DNA of 64,000 bases from Eledone cirrhosa (GCA_964016885.1 OZ024743.1:296484001-296548000), one strand, 5' to 3'; positions 26,996 through 44,478 are shown, counted from the stretch's first letter. Notes: generated by a model from the sequence alone, not told the origin. Program-made: numbers and translations.

Positions 26996-29264
26996 AGACA
27001 CTAAACATAGACACTAAAAATAGACTGGCAATAAAGTACAAAACTAGGAGGAAAAAGCTAAATATTATCATAGAGGAACTGAAGCAACGCATTGTAGCAA
27101 AGAGTGCAAAAATTAGGCGATACGAGAGCAGAATCAGTCAGTATAGACAGAACCGCATGTTTGACAACAACCAGAAGATGCTGTTTGGACAGCTTGAAGG
27201 GAAAGAAAGAGGCAACGACTTGATCCCTGAGGCGGAACAAACTAAGACATTCAGGAGAGGAATATGGGAGCAGGATGTTAAACATAATGACCAGGCAGTG
27301 TGGATTGAGACAGTACAAAAGGAGATTAGTGAACAGGCACACCAACAAACTGATTTGAGTATCACAGTTGAAACTCTTAAGGGGCAGGCCAAAAAACTAA
27401 CCAGCTGGAAATCACCAGGCCCAGATGGTGTGCAGGGGTATTGGATTAAAAATATAACATCCCTCCACCCGAAACTGACAACCATGTTCAATGACTGATT
27501 GATGTCAGGTGAGGTACCAGAGTGGTTGACAAAAGGTACCACAGTTCTGGTAATGAAAGACCGAATCAAGGGAAAGTATGTTACCAACTATAGACCTATC
27601 ACATGTCTGTCCGTAATGTGGAAACTGTTGACAAGCATTATGTCTGAGGAAATCTACCATCACCTCCACACAAACAACTTGTTACCGGACGAACAGAAAG
27701 GATGCCGAAAGAAGTCACGTGGTACAAAGGTCCAGTTACTTATTGATAAGATGGTAATGAGGAATTGCAAGAGGAGACACACTGGTCTTGCCATGGGATG
27801 GATAGACTACAAAAAGGCATTTAACATGGTGTCTCATTCTTGGATCACCAAAAACCTAGAGATCTTCAAGGTGGCAGATAACATCAGACAGTAGTTGGGC
27901 AAAAGTATGAAGTCCTGGAAAACAGAGTTAACATCAGCTGGAGAATCCTTGGAAGGCGTGAAGATCAAGAGAGGTATCTGCCAGAGAGATAGTCTATCCC
28001 CTCTGTTGTTTGTCTTTGATAAGATCTGAATACATTCGGACAGTAAGGAGCGTATTAAAATCACATCTGAACAGTAGGAATGCCATAAGTGCAGTAAATT
28101 CCCTAGCTGTGTCTATTATTAGGTACAGTGCGGGAATTCTGAGATGGAATGTTGCTGAACAAAAAGAAATGGATAGGAAGACTAGGAAGCTATTGACTAT
28201 CTACAACATATTCCACAAGAGGAGTGATGTCGATAGACTCTACTTAAGGAGATCTGAAGGTGGAAGAGGTCTTATCAGCATAGAGGACTGTGTTCAGATG
28301 GATAAAAATAACCTACACAAATACGTGACTGATAGTAGGGAGCCAATGCTCAGAATTGTACTGAAGGAGAGGACAATAGACCAGGGGATGTCCAAGGAGG
28401 AAATAACAACAAGGAGAAAGAGCAACCTTCATGAAAAATCCCTTCATAGTACCTTCTTTGAGAAAACTGAATTCAGAGATCCACAGACATGGAACTGGTT
28501 GAAAAGAGGAGACCTTAAAAAGGCTACAGAAGGAATGCTAATGGATGCGCAAGAGCAGGCCCTCAAAACGAAGTGGTTGAAACACCATGTTTACAAGGAG
28601 GAGGCTAGCCCACTGTGCAGGATCTGTGGAGAGAGAGAGGAGACTGTGGCTCACATTGTATCCGAGTGTAAACATCTAGCCCAGACTCACTATAAAGGCT
28701 GGAGACATGATGTGATGGGCAGGGTGATCCACTGCCACCTATGCAAAGTAAACAATTTACCACATTCTGAGAAGTGGTATGAGCATAAGCCAGAGGCGGT
28801 GATAGAAAACGATCAGGTAAAGGTGCTGTGGGATTTCAGGATACAGACAGACAAGAAACTGGAACACAATAGACCTGACCTGGTGGTTTGGGACAAGGAA
28901 AAAAGATCGTGCCTGATTCTGGATGTGGCTTGCCCATTCGACACGAGAGTGCAAGAGAGGGAGAGGAAGAAAATTAACCGATACCAGGACTTAAGTGGGA
29001 AGTAAAAAGGATTTGGAACTGCCATGAAGTCAAAGTGGTCCCGATTGTCATAGGCGCACTAGGTACTATCTCAAAGAGTTTCCAGGCATGGTTAAAGAAA
29101 ATTGGCCCCGCCCCGCTTTTTGGAACACTTCAAAAGGCATGCTTGCTGGGAACAGCAAGAACCCTCCGATACGTCCTAAATATCTGAGGCTGCAGGTAGT
29201 GGCTTGATATTCCTTTCAACAAAATTTCCAGTTAACCAACATCAATGACTGAGACTCAAAGAAC
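26996..29264 (+). mobile_element. Dong family A second copy, degenerate, with an internal deletion near 28020
   Basis: It is colinear with 13758-16190 but lacks ~340 bp including FMDD. It has stops and an (AAT)n tail. Confidence 0.9.
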
Positions 29265-30386
<1,122 letters not shown>

Positions 30387-30388
<2 letters not shown>

Positions 30389-31820
30389 TTTCTTTATTGG
30401 CCACAAGGGCTGACATCAAGAAAAACATTACAGACGGCACAGTACGGTACAGGATGGTACGATGTGGGTTTTGTGCGTGTAAAGATTTTTATTATTTATA
30501 TAAGAAAAGAAAAAAAAGACATAGAAACGTATATATATATAAACAATAAAAATGAAAATTGAAACAATGAAAAATTCCCCAATAAGGGGGAAACCTCCGA
30601 GGGTCACTCGTGGCGAAAACCACACAAAAGACCACTGCCACCCTGACCACCAGGGCAAGCACCCTCTCTCAGTTTTTTTCACATTCCTCAAACTTCAAGC
30701 GTATATTCAGAGCGGTCCCGTTCACTCGGGCCATTCTCGCTACATTCACCCACCTTTCAACAAACTTGCTAGAAGACAGCACTTGCCTCTCCACCCTGAT
30801 TTTCCTCTTCAAGTGAAACTTGAAAAAGTTAATCAGGGATTCGCCGAAGAGGTAAGTGTCTGTCTTTAACCCTTTCGACCTTGTCCACCATACTATCTCT
30901 TTCGCCATGGTCACCAGGCAGATGAAAACCGCCTGCCCTTCCTCCGCGAAGGAAGACGGCGAGACCATCAGCACAATGGACTCAGTCGATAACCGGATTG
31001 GTCCTACACGTGACAGCAACTGTTCGACATAGCTCCACAAGTCAGCAATGCTCGGGCACTGAACGAGTGCGAACACGACGGTTTCGTCGCTCTGCGCGCA
31101 TCTCGTACAGCCTCGGCTGACGGCACTTCCGTGCCTGTAGAGCTTATCTCGAATCGGCAAAGCTCCCCGGTAGCACTGCCAGGCCAGGGATTTCTGGAAG
31201 TTATTCATAGGCCCTGGGCTGAAAGTTCTCCGGAAGAGAGCAAACAGCTGATCTTCTTCGACGCCCAGGATCTCTTCGAGAACGTCGTCGCTCTTCCCCT
31301 CCACTAGTCCTGTCCTCTATAGAACGCCAAGGTGGATGTTCAACCGATACTGGTGCCCAGCTGGCAGAGGGCAGTGAGCGCCTGGAGACATTCCAGTTTC
31401 CAAGAGCTATACCTCGGTCTTTTCCTGACCCAGGATTGCAGTTCCGTCAAGGAGACGAGCTGTGGGAAAACGTGCCTGGCGAACGGCGACCACACCTGTT
31501 CACCGTCAAGGAAGCACCAGAGATGTTGCAGCCTCAGCGCATGTTTGCGCATCATCAGCCATGGCATGCCCAGTCCTCTACGCAACGGGTGTTGACAGCA
31601 GATGGATCGTCTGACCATGGGAGCGCGTCCCTTCCACAAAAAGCGGAAGAGAAGGCGCTCAATTTTGGTGAGAGTTGGGCCGGGGCAAGGCACGACAGTG
31701 CGGCGGTAGCAGATGACGGATGCGATGTACGCATTCGCCACCTCTGCCCGGCCTTTCAGGAACAGCTTCCTCTCGGCCCATTTTTGGGTGAGAGAGGCCA
31801 CCCTGCTCGTCACCTCATTG
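30387..31820 (-). mobile_element. Tx1/L1 3' fragment, related subfamily
   Basis: ORFs 30669-31304 and 31340-31820 match the C-terminal part of 16478-18076. It has the same 3' end into (ATT)n. Confidence 0.9.
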
Positions 31821-31829
31821 GTTTCTACG

Positions 31830-32100
31830 AATATTCCAGTTGTTCCATCAACGGAACAGCCAGTTCGTGACATTGGTGTGTAAGTCACTGAACATTCCAC
31901 AGACACATGCAGCCTTAACGTAGTTCTCAGTGAGATGCAGCGTGACACAGAGAGTGACAAGGCAAGACCTTTGAATTACAAGTCTAACCCATCCGGTGGG
32001 ATCCAAACAGATTGTGTCTATTCAATTCACTCACAAGACTGGGTCGACCTGAGGCTCTAACATATGCCCAAGATGTGAACTTCGACCATGGAGTGTCCAG
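31830..32100. repeat. Interspersed SINE-like repeat fragment
   Basis: CCAGTTG..ATCAACGGAACAGCC..CTTAACGTAGTTCTC..CAGCGTGACACAGAG resembles an abundant octopus repeat. This is from recall only. Confidence 0.4.
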
Positions 32101-32425
32101 TGTTTAATAAACGTCATACTCACCCATATCATAAAATGATATTGGTGGAATGTTTCTATTCAAACCTTTGTTAAATGTATGCTAACACACCAGCTACAAT
32201 GATCAGAGGCGGGGAAAAAGTGTGCACAAAAGCAGAACTCATTGTTCCGGCAGAATTATATTATTAACAGCAAAAAAAAAAAGCGAAAGTATCTATTCCG
32301 AACTAATGGGAAATTACATACATATACCTACATACATACTACATACATACACATACATACGTACATACATACATACATACATACATACATACATACATAC
32401 ATACATACATACATACATACATACT

Positions 32426-32520
<95 letters not shown>

Positions 32521-32559
32521 TTATATAGATACATAATATAGACACATTTATATAGATAC

Positions 32560-32624
<65 letters not shown>

Positions 32625-32630
<6 letters not shown>

Positions 32631-33447
32631 AAATATAAAACAATCAAATCTTAGTTTAATACATTTAATTGCTGACAATTGTTTCTTCCAGGCGGATGTC
32701 TGGAATCATAGGAGCATAGAGAATGTTTAAACAGGTAATTAAAATCATAGTCTTCAGAACATTTATACAGATACATAACTATTGTCAGTGTCATTGACAT
32801 CATATAGAAAAGCATATACATCTATATACGAACTCCAATATAAAATTATTGAATGACAATTACCTATCTAAGATAATTATGTTTTTTGCATTACACTTTA
32901 CATAACATCTATCCATTTTATCACCACATATCTCTCTATTATATTGCATGACATCTTTAAAATTTTAAACATTAACACTTTTACCATGCTTTTACATTCT
33001 ATATTAAATATACTTGTTTCTTTTATTATATAACTCTTACCTCATGCATGCCTTTATTAATTTTATTAACTTTTGCATTATATGCCCTTAACAATGCCTG
33101 CTTTTCAATGCTATGATATCTTTTATCTATCTTATCTATCTTTTTTTGCTTGTATCTTTTGCACATGTATTACCTTAAACAATATCTTTTTATATATAAT
33201 ATGCTCAATGTTTCACTTTTTACCATTGCTCCTTTTACTGTAGCATAACATCCTTTTATAACTCCTGCTTTTCTATATGATGTCAATGACACTGACAATA
33301 GTTATATATAAATGTTCTGAAGACTAGGATTTTAATCACCAGTTTAAACATTCTCTATGCTTCGATGATCCCAGACATCCGTCTGGAAGAAACAATTGTC
33401 AGCAATTAAATGTATTAAACTAAGATTTGATTGTTTTATATTTTGTA
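32625..33447. repeat. ~190-bp inverted repeats (32625-32815 and 33265-33447), each with a hammerhead motif (family H3)
   Basis: The + copy at 33311-33404 reads TGTT-CTGAAGA-(long stem II)-GAAA-CAATT-GTC-AGCA, with a palindromic stem III CAATTG. The - copy is at 32670-32763. Confidence 0.72.
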
Positions 33448-33567
33448 TCTCGGCTCTGTAATACATTTGATAATTTACATTGAGCCTTTTCTCCTACCGG
33501 TAACTGGCTAGTGCTTAGTACTACCCTCCATATTTATAATTATATATAAACCATATATAAGTATAAA

Positions 33568-33848
33568 TAATAACTAGAGATTGATTAACATATAAATAAA
33601 CATGAATAATCACAGGAGATAATTTTTACAAGTGTGTAACCACACATAGCTAGGTAGGTAACTAAATAAAGTTGACCAGAACTTCAAAAATAGATACCTT
33701 ATAATATGATATTATAAGGTATCTATTTTTGAAGTTCTGGTCAACTTTATTTAGTTACCTACCTAGCTATGTGTGGTTACACACTTGTAAAAATTATCTC
33801 CTGTGATTATTCATGTTTATTTATATGTTAATCAATCTCTAGTTATTA
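33568..33848. repeat. Perfect foldback palindrome with ~140-bp arms and a 1-nt centre
   Basis: The centre reads ...ATACCTTATAATAT G ATATTATAAGGTAT... at 33708. Confidence 0.93.
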
Positions 33849-34029
33849 TAAAATGCTCGGACCTACTCGTTAGAATCTTAGAGCTTATTTTGCGGGTGAT
33901 ATGGCGCATGTCTTTCTGGCATGGCATCCATAATATTGATTTGGATTAAATTCGTTTGATTTATCTTAATTTTGGATATAGATATATAAGTATAAATATT
34001 AATATTATTACTATATATATATATATATA

Positions 34030-35822
34030 ATTTTGATAACTTTGATAGGCTTCGGCCAGTATTGGCCCAGGCCATGTACAACTTAACAGCACCACCTGGC
34101 GAAGCGTTTCAAATCAGGTTTTGGACACCATGGCCCACTCAAGTAGAGTTATTGTTTACAGAGACGTATCCGGGTGTAGGAGGTTTATCCGAGATTTCTT
34201 GAAGGAATTTGTCCAAAGACTTCTTGAACGTTATGGGGTTTGTTTCCGTTTTAATGTGTTTTGGTTTAGTGTTAAAGAGTGCGGGGCCAATTGAGGTGAA
34301 ATAATTGTGCCGTATTGTTGTTATGAGATGCGAGTGAGATTTTTGTTGTGGGCCGATAGCGTGGGGCCCAAGCATTGGGTGTACCTTAAAGGTGATGCCA
34401 ACATCATTTGGGCAATGCTGATGGAATATTTTCCACATCATGCAGTTAATGTAGCGCTCACGGCGACGTTGGAGAGGATAATGGTTGAGCTTTTCTAATC
34501 GACTCCAATAGTCAAGGCCTGTCATGCCATCTATCTTTTTTGTAATTGACCTTTGAGGTGCTTCAACTTTCATGATACTTTGTTTCGTGTGGGGAGACCA
34601 CAGTGGACAACAGTATTCAAGGTGGGGTCGGGCAAAAGTGGAGAAGAGAAAGATAACAGTGTGCATATCTCTCGTCTGGAAGGTTCTGAGAATCCAGGAA
34701 GACATTCTGCAGGCCATGTCAACTTTGCTATTTATATGAGTGACCCAGCTTATGTTGTTGTCCACAATTACTACCAAGTCTCTGATGTTGTTGGATGCCA
34801 CGAGAGATCCATCCTCTTTTCCAAAGTGGATTAACCCGAATTTATCCTCATTCAACAGTATATTGTTCTTTTCCGCACAATGGATAATAGCCAGTAGGTC
34901 TGACTGAAGGCAAGTCCGGTCACCCACCTCATTGATGACCTTCTGGAACTTGGAATCATCTGCAAAGATTCTTATGTTGCTGTGCTTGATGATGTCAGTA
35001 ATGTCATTAATGCAGATGACGAAAATAAGTGGTCCCAACACAGTGCCTTGATTTTATTCCTTCGACTACGTTGGGCTCTGTCTGTCAGGAAACATTTGAT
35101 CCACTGTAGTAACTTTCCAGAGACACCAATATTGGATAGTTCTTTTCAAAAGAAACTTATGATCAACCCTGTCAAAGGCCTTGCTGAAATCAAGGTAGAT
35201 GACATCAGTGTTCGAGCCCTCTCCCAAAGCTCTCAAAACATCATCAAAGTGATGCAGGAGCTGCGTTCGGCAGTCCCTTCCATTACGGAACCCATGTTGG
35301 TTGGAGTTCTGCAGTCGGTTGCTTTCGAGAAAGTGGGTTATTCGCGATCTCACCACCCCCTCAAATACTTTGATGAAATGAGAAGTGAGTGAGATCGGAC
35401 GGTAGTTCACTGCAAGGGACTTGTTTCCCTTTTTCAAAACTGGGACAAGGGACTGGGACAGAAACTTTTCAATAATTTAGCCAGCATCCAGTGAGTTCCT
35501 CTACAGATTAGTAAGTTGGTGTCGACACACCTTTGGGACACAAGCAGGGAACCTATCGGGGCCTACTGCTGAATTGTGTTTAATTTCGTTTATTGCCGCT
35601 AAGATATCAGGGGCACCAAACGTTATGTCCGAGATAGTGTGTTGGGGATTAACATCACTGATACAGCCCAGATCGGCAATATCAGGATTGCTGAAAACAG
35701 AGCAGTATTGTTTCTGCAGTATCCCACCCATGGTTTTGGCATTATCTTGGAGTGTGCCATTTTCATCAATTAGAGGGCAAACAGTGGAGACAGTGACCTT
35801 GAATGTTTTCGCAAATGAAAAG

Positions 35823-35826
<4 letters not shown>
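34030..35826 (-). mobile_element. CR1/L2-type LINE, 5'-truncated and degenerate RT
   Basis: Motifs NYRPISLTS, QHGFR, YLDFSKAFDRV, LGPLIF, FADD and RPHLEYC are present. The 3' end has a GC hairpin and a TATCAAAG repeat tail. Confidence 0.88.
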
Positions 35827-35894
<68 letters not shown>

Positions 35895-36207
35895 ATATGT
35901 ATACATGTAAAAATGCAAGTCCGAAGAACCATTAGGTGAAATATATACAGTATTTCCTCTCCCAATCCGTATAAATTAACCACATAAAAAATCATTTAAA
36001 CGCGGCTATAAGTTTAAAATGTACTTGTGAAGAAATAATAGACAAATGATACAGATTATTTTCCGCGATGTACAGCCATATGACACTTATCTAATTATTT
36101 ATTCTAGCCTGTAGAAATTAACTAGACAAATAGTTAACTACACGGAATTAGGTACAAAATAGAAGTTTGGAGAAAAAATGCACATAAATTTTACCAAAAT
36201 TCTCGTA

Positions 36208-36292
36208 GTCTCGACCACCGAAGGTTTCGTTCCACTTTTGGGGTATATCCGATCTTGGATACATCCACGAGGCCTGGAACTCTTCAGGAGAT
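36208..36292 (-). ncRNA. Type-I hammerhead ribozyme with canonical core and GUC triplet
   Basis: The minus strand reads TCTC-CTGAAGA-GTTCCA..TGGAAC-GAAA-CC-TTCGGT-GG-TC-GAGA. All three stems pair. Confidence 0.85.
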
Positions 36293-36481
36293 ACCTCAGA
36301 CTGGACTAAGTTTCTTCTACCATTATCCCCACCAGAAATGAATTCAAAATGGCTAAGAACTATCACGTGGCTAGCGGTTAAGGCAGAAAGTTTGTGATTG
36401 TTGCCTGTCGGCGAGTAGACTGGTTGCTAGAAAGCGCAGCCGAATACTGCCTAAACGGGAGTATATATTAAATTCAAAGGG

Positions 36482-36553
<72 letters not shown>

Positions 36554-36950
36554 GACATAGTCACAGATACATATATGAGTTTGGCAACATTTCACGGTGT
36601 GGCTCAATAAAGAATTAATTAAGCAAATCATTATTAATTAGAGCTATATATAAAAATGCAAGTCCGAAGAACCATTAGATAATATATATACAGTATTTCC
36701 TCTCCCAATCAGTATAAATTAACCACATAAAAAATCATTTAAACGAGGCTATAAGTTTAAAATGTACTTGTGAAGAAATAATAGACAAATGATACAGATT
36801 ATTTTCCGCGATGTACAGCCATATGACACTTATCTAATTATTTATTCTAGCCTGTAGAAATTAACTAGACAAATAGTTAACTACACGGAATTAGGTACAA
36901 AATAGAAGTTTGGAGAAAAAATGCACATAAATTTTACCAAAATTCTCGTA

Positions 36951-37035
36951 GTCTCGACCACCGAAGGTTTCGTTCCACTTTTGGGGTATATCCGATCTTG
37001 GATACATCCACGAGGCCTGGAACTCTTCAGGAGAT
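36951..37035 (-). ncRNA. Type-I hammerhead ribozyme, second copy
   Basis: Identical to 36208-36292 at +743. Confidence 0.85.
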
Positions 37036-37224
37036 ACCTCAGACTGGACTAAGTTTCTTCTACCATTATCCCCACCAGAAATGAATTCAAAATGGCTAAG
37101 AACTATCACGTGGCTAGCGGTTAAGGCAGAAAGTTTGTGATTGTTGCCTGTCGGCGAGTAGACTGGTTGCTAGAAAGCGCAGCCGAATACTGCCTAAACG
37201 GGAGTATATATTAAATTCAAAGGG

Positions 37225-37302
<78 letters not shown>

Positions 37303-37576
37303 GACATAGTCACAGATACATATATGAGTTTGGCAACATTTCACGGTGTGGCTCAATAAAGAATTAATTAAGCAAATCATTATTAATTAGAGCTATATAT
37401 AAAAATGCAAGTCCGAAGAACCATTAGATAATATATATACAGTATTTCCTCTCCCAATCAGTATAAATTAACCACATAAAAAATCATTTAAACGAGGCTA
37501 TAAGTTTAAAATGTACTTGTGAAGAAATAATAGACAAATGATACAGATTATTTTCCGCGATGTATATATATATATA

Positions 37577-38579
<1,003 letters not shown>

Positions 38580-38649
38580 TGTGTGTATATATATATATCA
38601 GATATATATATCATATATATATATATATCATATATGTATATTTGATTAA

Positions 38650-40135
38650 GAGGTGCCTACTGACTGTAGGTTTCGCTTTGTACTTAGGCAAGGCGGGTTT
38701 TCTGTATTACTGCGTAGCGCCAAAGATCTCGGTCCAGTGACATTGTCTTAGAGAGGTGTAAGTGTGTGAGGTCGGAATTTATCAAGTCGTCCCAGGTTTT
38801 TCTGAGTCTGGCTACTCCGTAACTTCCATCAATTTTGATCGCCCTGCACTTTTTTATACAGCTGTCGTCTTTCATGCGCATCACGTGACCATACCAACGT
38901 AGTCTTCTCTCAAGTAAACAGTATCTGATCCCTCTTATACATAATTTCTCACTTAGTTCATTTATGCTTTGCTGTTCACGTATATTACTATTACACATCC
39001 AGCGGAGCATGCATGCTTCGTTCCTCTCCAGTCTGCGCAGATCCTCTGCACACAATGCCCATGTCTCACTGCCATGTAACATAGCTGTTCGTATGCAGGC
39101 ATCATACAGTCTGCCTTTCATTTTTAGAGAGAAACCTTTAACGGCCAATAGTGGTATAAGCTCTCTGAACTTTTTCCATCCCGTTCTGACTCTGGCTACT
39201 GTACTTTCTGAGCACCCTCCACCACTGCTGATTTCGTCACCCAGGTAATGGAAGGTGTCCACTATTTCTATAGAGCCATCTGGGCAATAGAAGGAGCTAG
39301 TATCCTGTGGGTGCTTGCTACTTATTGCACCTGAGCACCGGCCACATATAAAATCTACGTTCTTAGATAGCTTACCTGTGATCCCACTACATCTTTTATG
39401 CACCCATACTTTGCATTTGGGACATAAAATGGAATTTCTTCCTACTCCTTTCGTACACACTGAGCATGGCCATTTCCCAGAGGGAACCTGTGCCCTATTT
39501 TCCTTCGTACATACTAGAACTTTAGTCTTAGACAGGTTAACTTTAAGGCCTTTTGATTCTAAGCCATGCTTCCATGTTTCGAATTTCTTCTCTAGTTCAG
39601 CCATAGATTCAGCTATGAGCATTAGATCATCTGCATAGAGAAGTACCCATGGGCAGCTGGTCTTGAACTCGTCTGTTATAGCCTGAAGGGCAATAATAAA
39701 TAGGAGGGGGATAAGGACAGAGCTCTGATGAACACCAACTTTTACGCTAAATTCTTCACTATATTCGTTGTTAATTCTAACTTTGCTGACTGTTTCTTTA
39801 TACATGGCTTGTAGAGCTCTCACAAGCCATTCATCAACCCCTAGTTTTCTAAGGGCTCACCAGATAATGGAGCGGAGGGACTCTGTCAAATGTTTTCTCC
39901 AAGTCAACAAAAACTAAGTATAGGGGTTTACTTTTAGCTAAGTACTTCTCCTGTAGTTGTCGTACAAGGAAAAGAGCGTTTGTGGTACTTTTACCTGACA
40001 CAAACCCAAACTGCATTTCGTCTAGATCAATTTGCTCTCTGATTAGTTGCACTATAACTTTTTCTGTGACCTTCATGGCCTAGTCAATTAATTTAATGCC
40101 TCTATAGTTTCCGCTATCTAGTGCATCTCCTTTAT
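38650..40135 (-). mobile_element. RTE-clade LINE 3' fragment; RT with an embedded PHD-like finger
   Basis: Motifs QFGF, FVDLEKTFDRV, GVHQ, LLYADDL, a C4HC3 insert, YLG, MLHGSETW and RRLRWYGHV are present. Confidence 0.88.
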
Positions 40136-40360
40136 ATATATGCTATTTTCAAAAATACACAGTGACTGATCGGCCTGATTTGTATATTATCAGACTGCTA
40201 ATATGCATATCTGACTGATCAGCCAGTCTGCTAATATGCAAATCAGGCCGATCAGTCACTGTGTATTTTTGAAAATAGCATATATTTTCTAAGAGTGTGG
40301 TGGCTGAAAAGTAAGCTGTACTGATGAATGGTGATACCCAAAAACATTAGTGTCTGCAAT
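40136..40360. repeat. Foldback (arms 40136-40197 and 40224-40285) followed by a degenerate hammerhead (40317-40358, +)
   Basis: It reads TGTA-CTGATGA-ATGG..CC-AAAA-CATTAGT-GTC-TGCA. The GAAA box appears mutated. Confidence 0.6.
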
Positions 40361-40651
40361 TCTGTTCACATGCCAACACAAGAGCAAGAATGAAGTGTTC
40401 ATTCTACTGACGACATAGCTATAAAATTGAGGATTGTTTGCATAATTGCAAACGAATCGAATGTTATTATTTATATTCGAAAAACTCAGATTACATTTAT
40501 TGTATTCAGCAATGTAGAGCGAAACTTTTTTTTTTATTTGAATGTGGCAAAGCCGGCCATTTATCGCCCGTATGCAGGAAACTGACTGGCCAGTCTGCTG
40601 ATATGCAAATCTGGCTGATCAGTGGATATGCGTTCACAGATTGATTTTTTT

Positions 40652-40704
40652 AGTTTCAGAAGATCCCGTTGAGGGTGAAAGCAGCGAGATTCGTTGCTTA
40701 AACT
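40652..40704 (+). ncRNA. Hammerhead-like motif of family H1 with a CAGAAGA core variant
   Basis: It reads AGTTT-CAGAAGA-TCCC..GGGT-GAAA-GCAGCGA-GAT-TCGTTGC-TT-AAACT. Confidence 0.6.
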
Positions 40705-40723
40705 TTAATGTGTGTTACTTTAA

Positions 40724-40811
<88 letters not shown>

Positions 40812-40812
<1 letters not shown>

Positions 40813-40906
40813 TTCTACAGGACTAGAACTGTTTCATTCGTGAGAAATCATCAGCAGCTTCCTGATGATTTCTCACGAATGAAACAGTTCTAGTCCTGTA
40901 GAAGCT
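40812..40906 (+). ncRNA. Type-I hammerhead (40856-40906, family H5) with its own inverted copy immediately upstream
   Basis: It reads AGCTTC-CTGATGA-TTTC-TCAC-GAAT-GAAA-CAG..CTG-TA-GAAGCT. Stem I is a perfect 6 bp and the triplet is GUA. Confidence 0.75.
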
Positions 40907-41007
40907 TTTCTATATTAAAACATTTATACTCTGCTATGTATTGAATACCTTATTTACTGTGGTTAGCCCCGATTCAATCCGGAATAACTTATATATATAT
41001 ATACATA

Positions 41008-42205
41008 CAGGGTGCGGACGGTATTTGAGGACACGTGTATTTTTAGTCATTATATTATTTAACTAATTTTTATTGAACTTCCATTTCAGAAAATACCAAT
41101 GAAAATAACTATGCTTACTAATGACATGAAAAGGCATGCTGTGATTGTGGCTTTGAAGGCTAAGCATGGTGATTTAGAAATTTCTCGTTTTCTGAAAGTT
41201 GCAAGATCTTTTGTCCACAAGATTCGGTGTGAGTTAGAGAAAGAAGATGGAAGCGTATTACCTTTATCAAAACGTAAAAAACATTCCAAACACTCTGATT
41301 CTATCAAGACACCCGAATTTATTCAGGAAGTTAAGCAAAACATTGATGACAATCCAGGCAAACCAATGTGGTCAATTGCAAAACATTTTGGTGTCAGAAA
41401 AAACAATCAGAAATGTTGTGCATGAAGACATCAGATACAAATGTTACGTGATGAGGAGAGGTCAATTCGTGTCAGAAAAAAACAAAAAAGCATTTAATCA
41501 GATCCAAAAGACTTTTAAACAAACTTAAAACTCCATCAGAAGATGGCGTAATTTGGTTTTTCTCAGATAAGAAAAAACTTTGACCAGGACCACAGAACTA
41601 ACAGAAGAAATGCAAGTGTCATGGTTTTGGGTATTGTTAGCAATGAAGGACATGTGAGGCCTCCTCACTTTTTTCCACCAGGCCTTAGGGTGAATGCTGC
41701 TGCATATGAGGTTTTGGAAAAAGTTAAGCCTTGGATCAACAGTGTATGAAATGGAAGGCCTTATGTCTTTCAACAAGATTCTGCACCATCACACACGACT
41801 CAAATGACACAAGAATGGAAGGCCGACAATTTGCATAATCACATCACCCCCAAGATTTGGACTCCTAATTCTCCAGGTCTCAATCCACTGGACTACTATG
41901 TATGGAGCATCGTTGAGAAAAATGTCAATGAACACCCCCATAGCACCAAGGATTCTTTGAAAGCCGCCATAGTTCGAGTCATGACCGATATAAACAAGGA
42001 CAACTTAATCCGAGCTTGCAAACGATTTCGACCCCGTGTAGAGGCAGTTATTGATGGTTATGGTGGTTTTATTGAATGAAATCATTAAATTGATAATTTA
42101 TCTTTATGTTTATGTTGTTTTTATAAGAATACAGTTTTTTTCTGTTTTTATATAAGCGTTTTTTTTTAAACCACAAATCTGTCCTCAAATACCCTCCGCA
42201 CCCTG
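41008..42205 (+). mobile_element. Tc1/mariner-superfamily maT (DD37D) transposon with a decayed transposase
   Basis: The TIRs are CAGGGTGCGGACGGTATTTGAGGACA and TGTCCTCAAATACCCTCCGCACCCTG, with TA flanks. The motifs FSD, FQQD and LNPLDY have 37 aa between the second and third D. Confidence 0.93.
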
Positions 42206-42234
42206 TATATATATATATATCGATATATATATAA

Positions 42235-44265
<2,031 letters not shown>

Positions 44266-44290
44266 TATAAATATATATGTATATATATAA

Positions 44291-44383
<93 letters not shown>

Positions 44384-44443
44384 AGTATATATATATATAT
44401 GTATGTATATATATAAGTATATATATATATATATATATATAAG

Positions 44444-44478
<35 letters not shown>

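Larger units (their letters stand above)
35908..37562 (-). repeat. Tandem 743-bp units (2.2 copies), each full unit carrying a hammerhead ribozyme (family H4)
   Basis: Units start at 35908, 36651 and 37400. They are nearly identical apart from the internal (TA)n length. Confidence 0.93.

Noticed and set aside
36148-37109. Duplicated 72-aa ORF in the 743-bp unit
   Set aside because: It has no recognisable motif and overlaps the hammerhead. It is duplicated only because the unit is.
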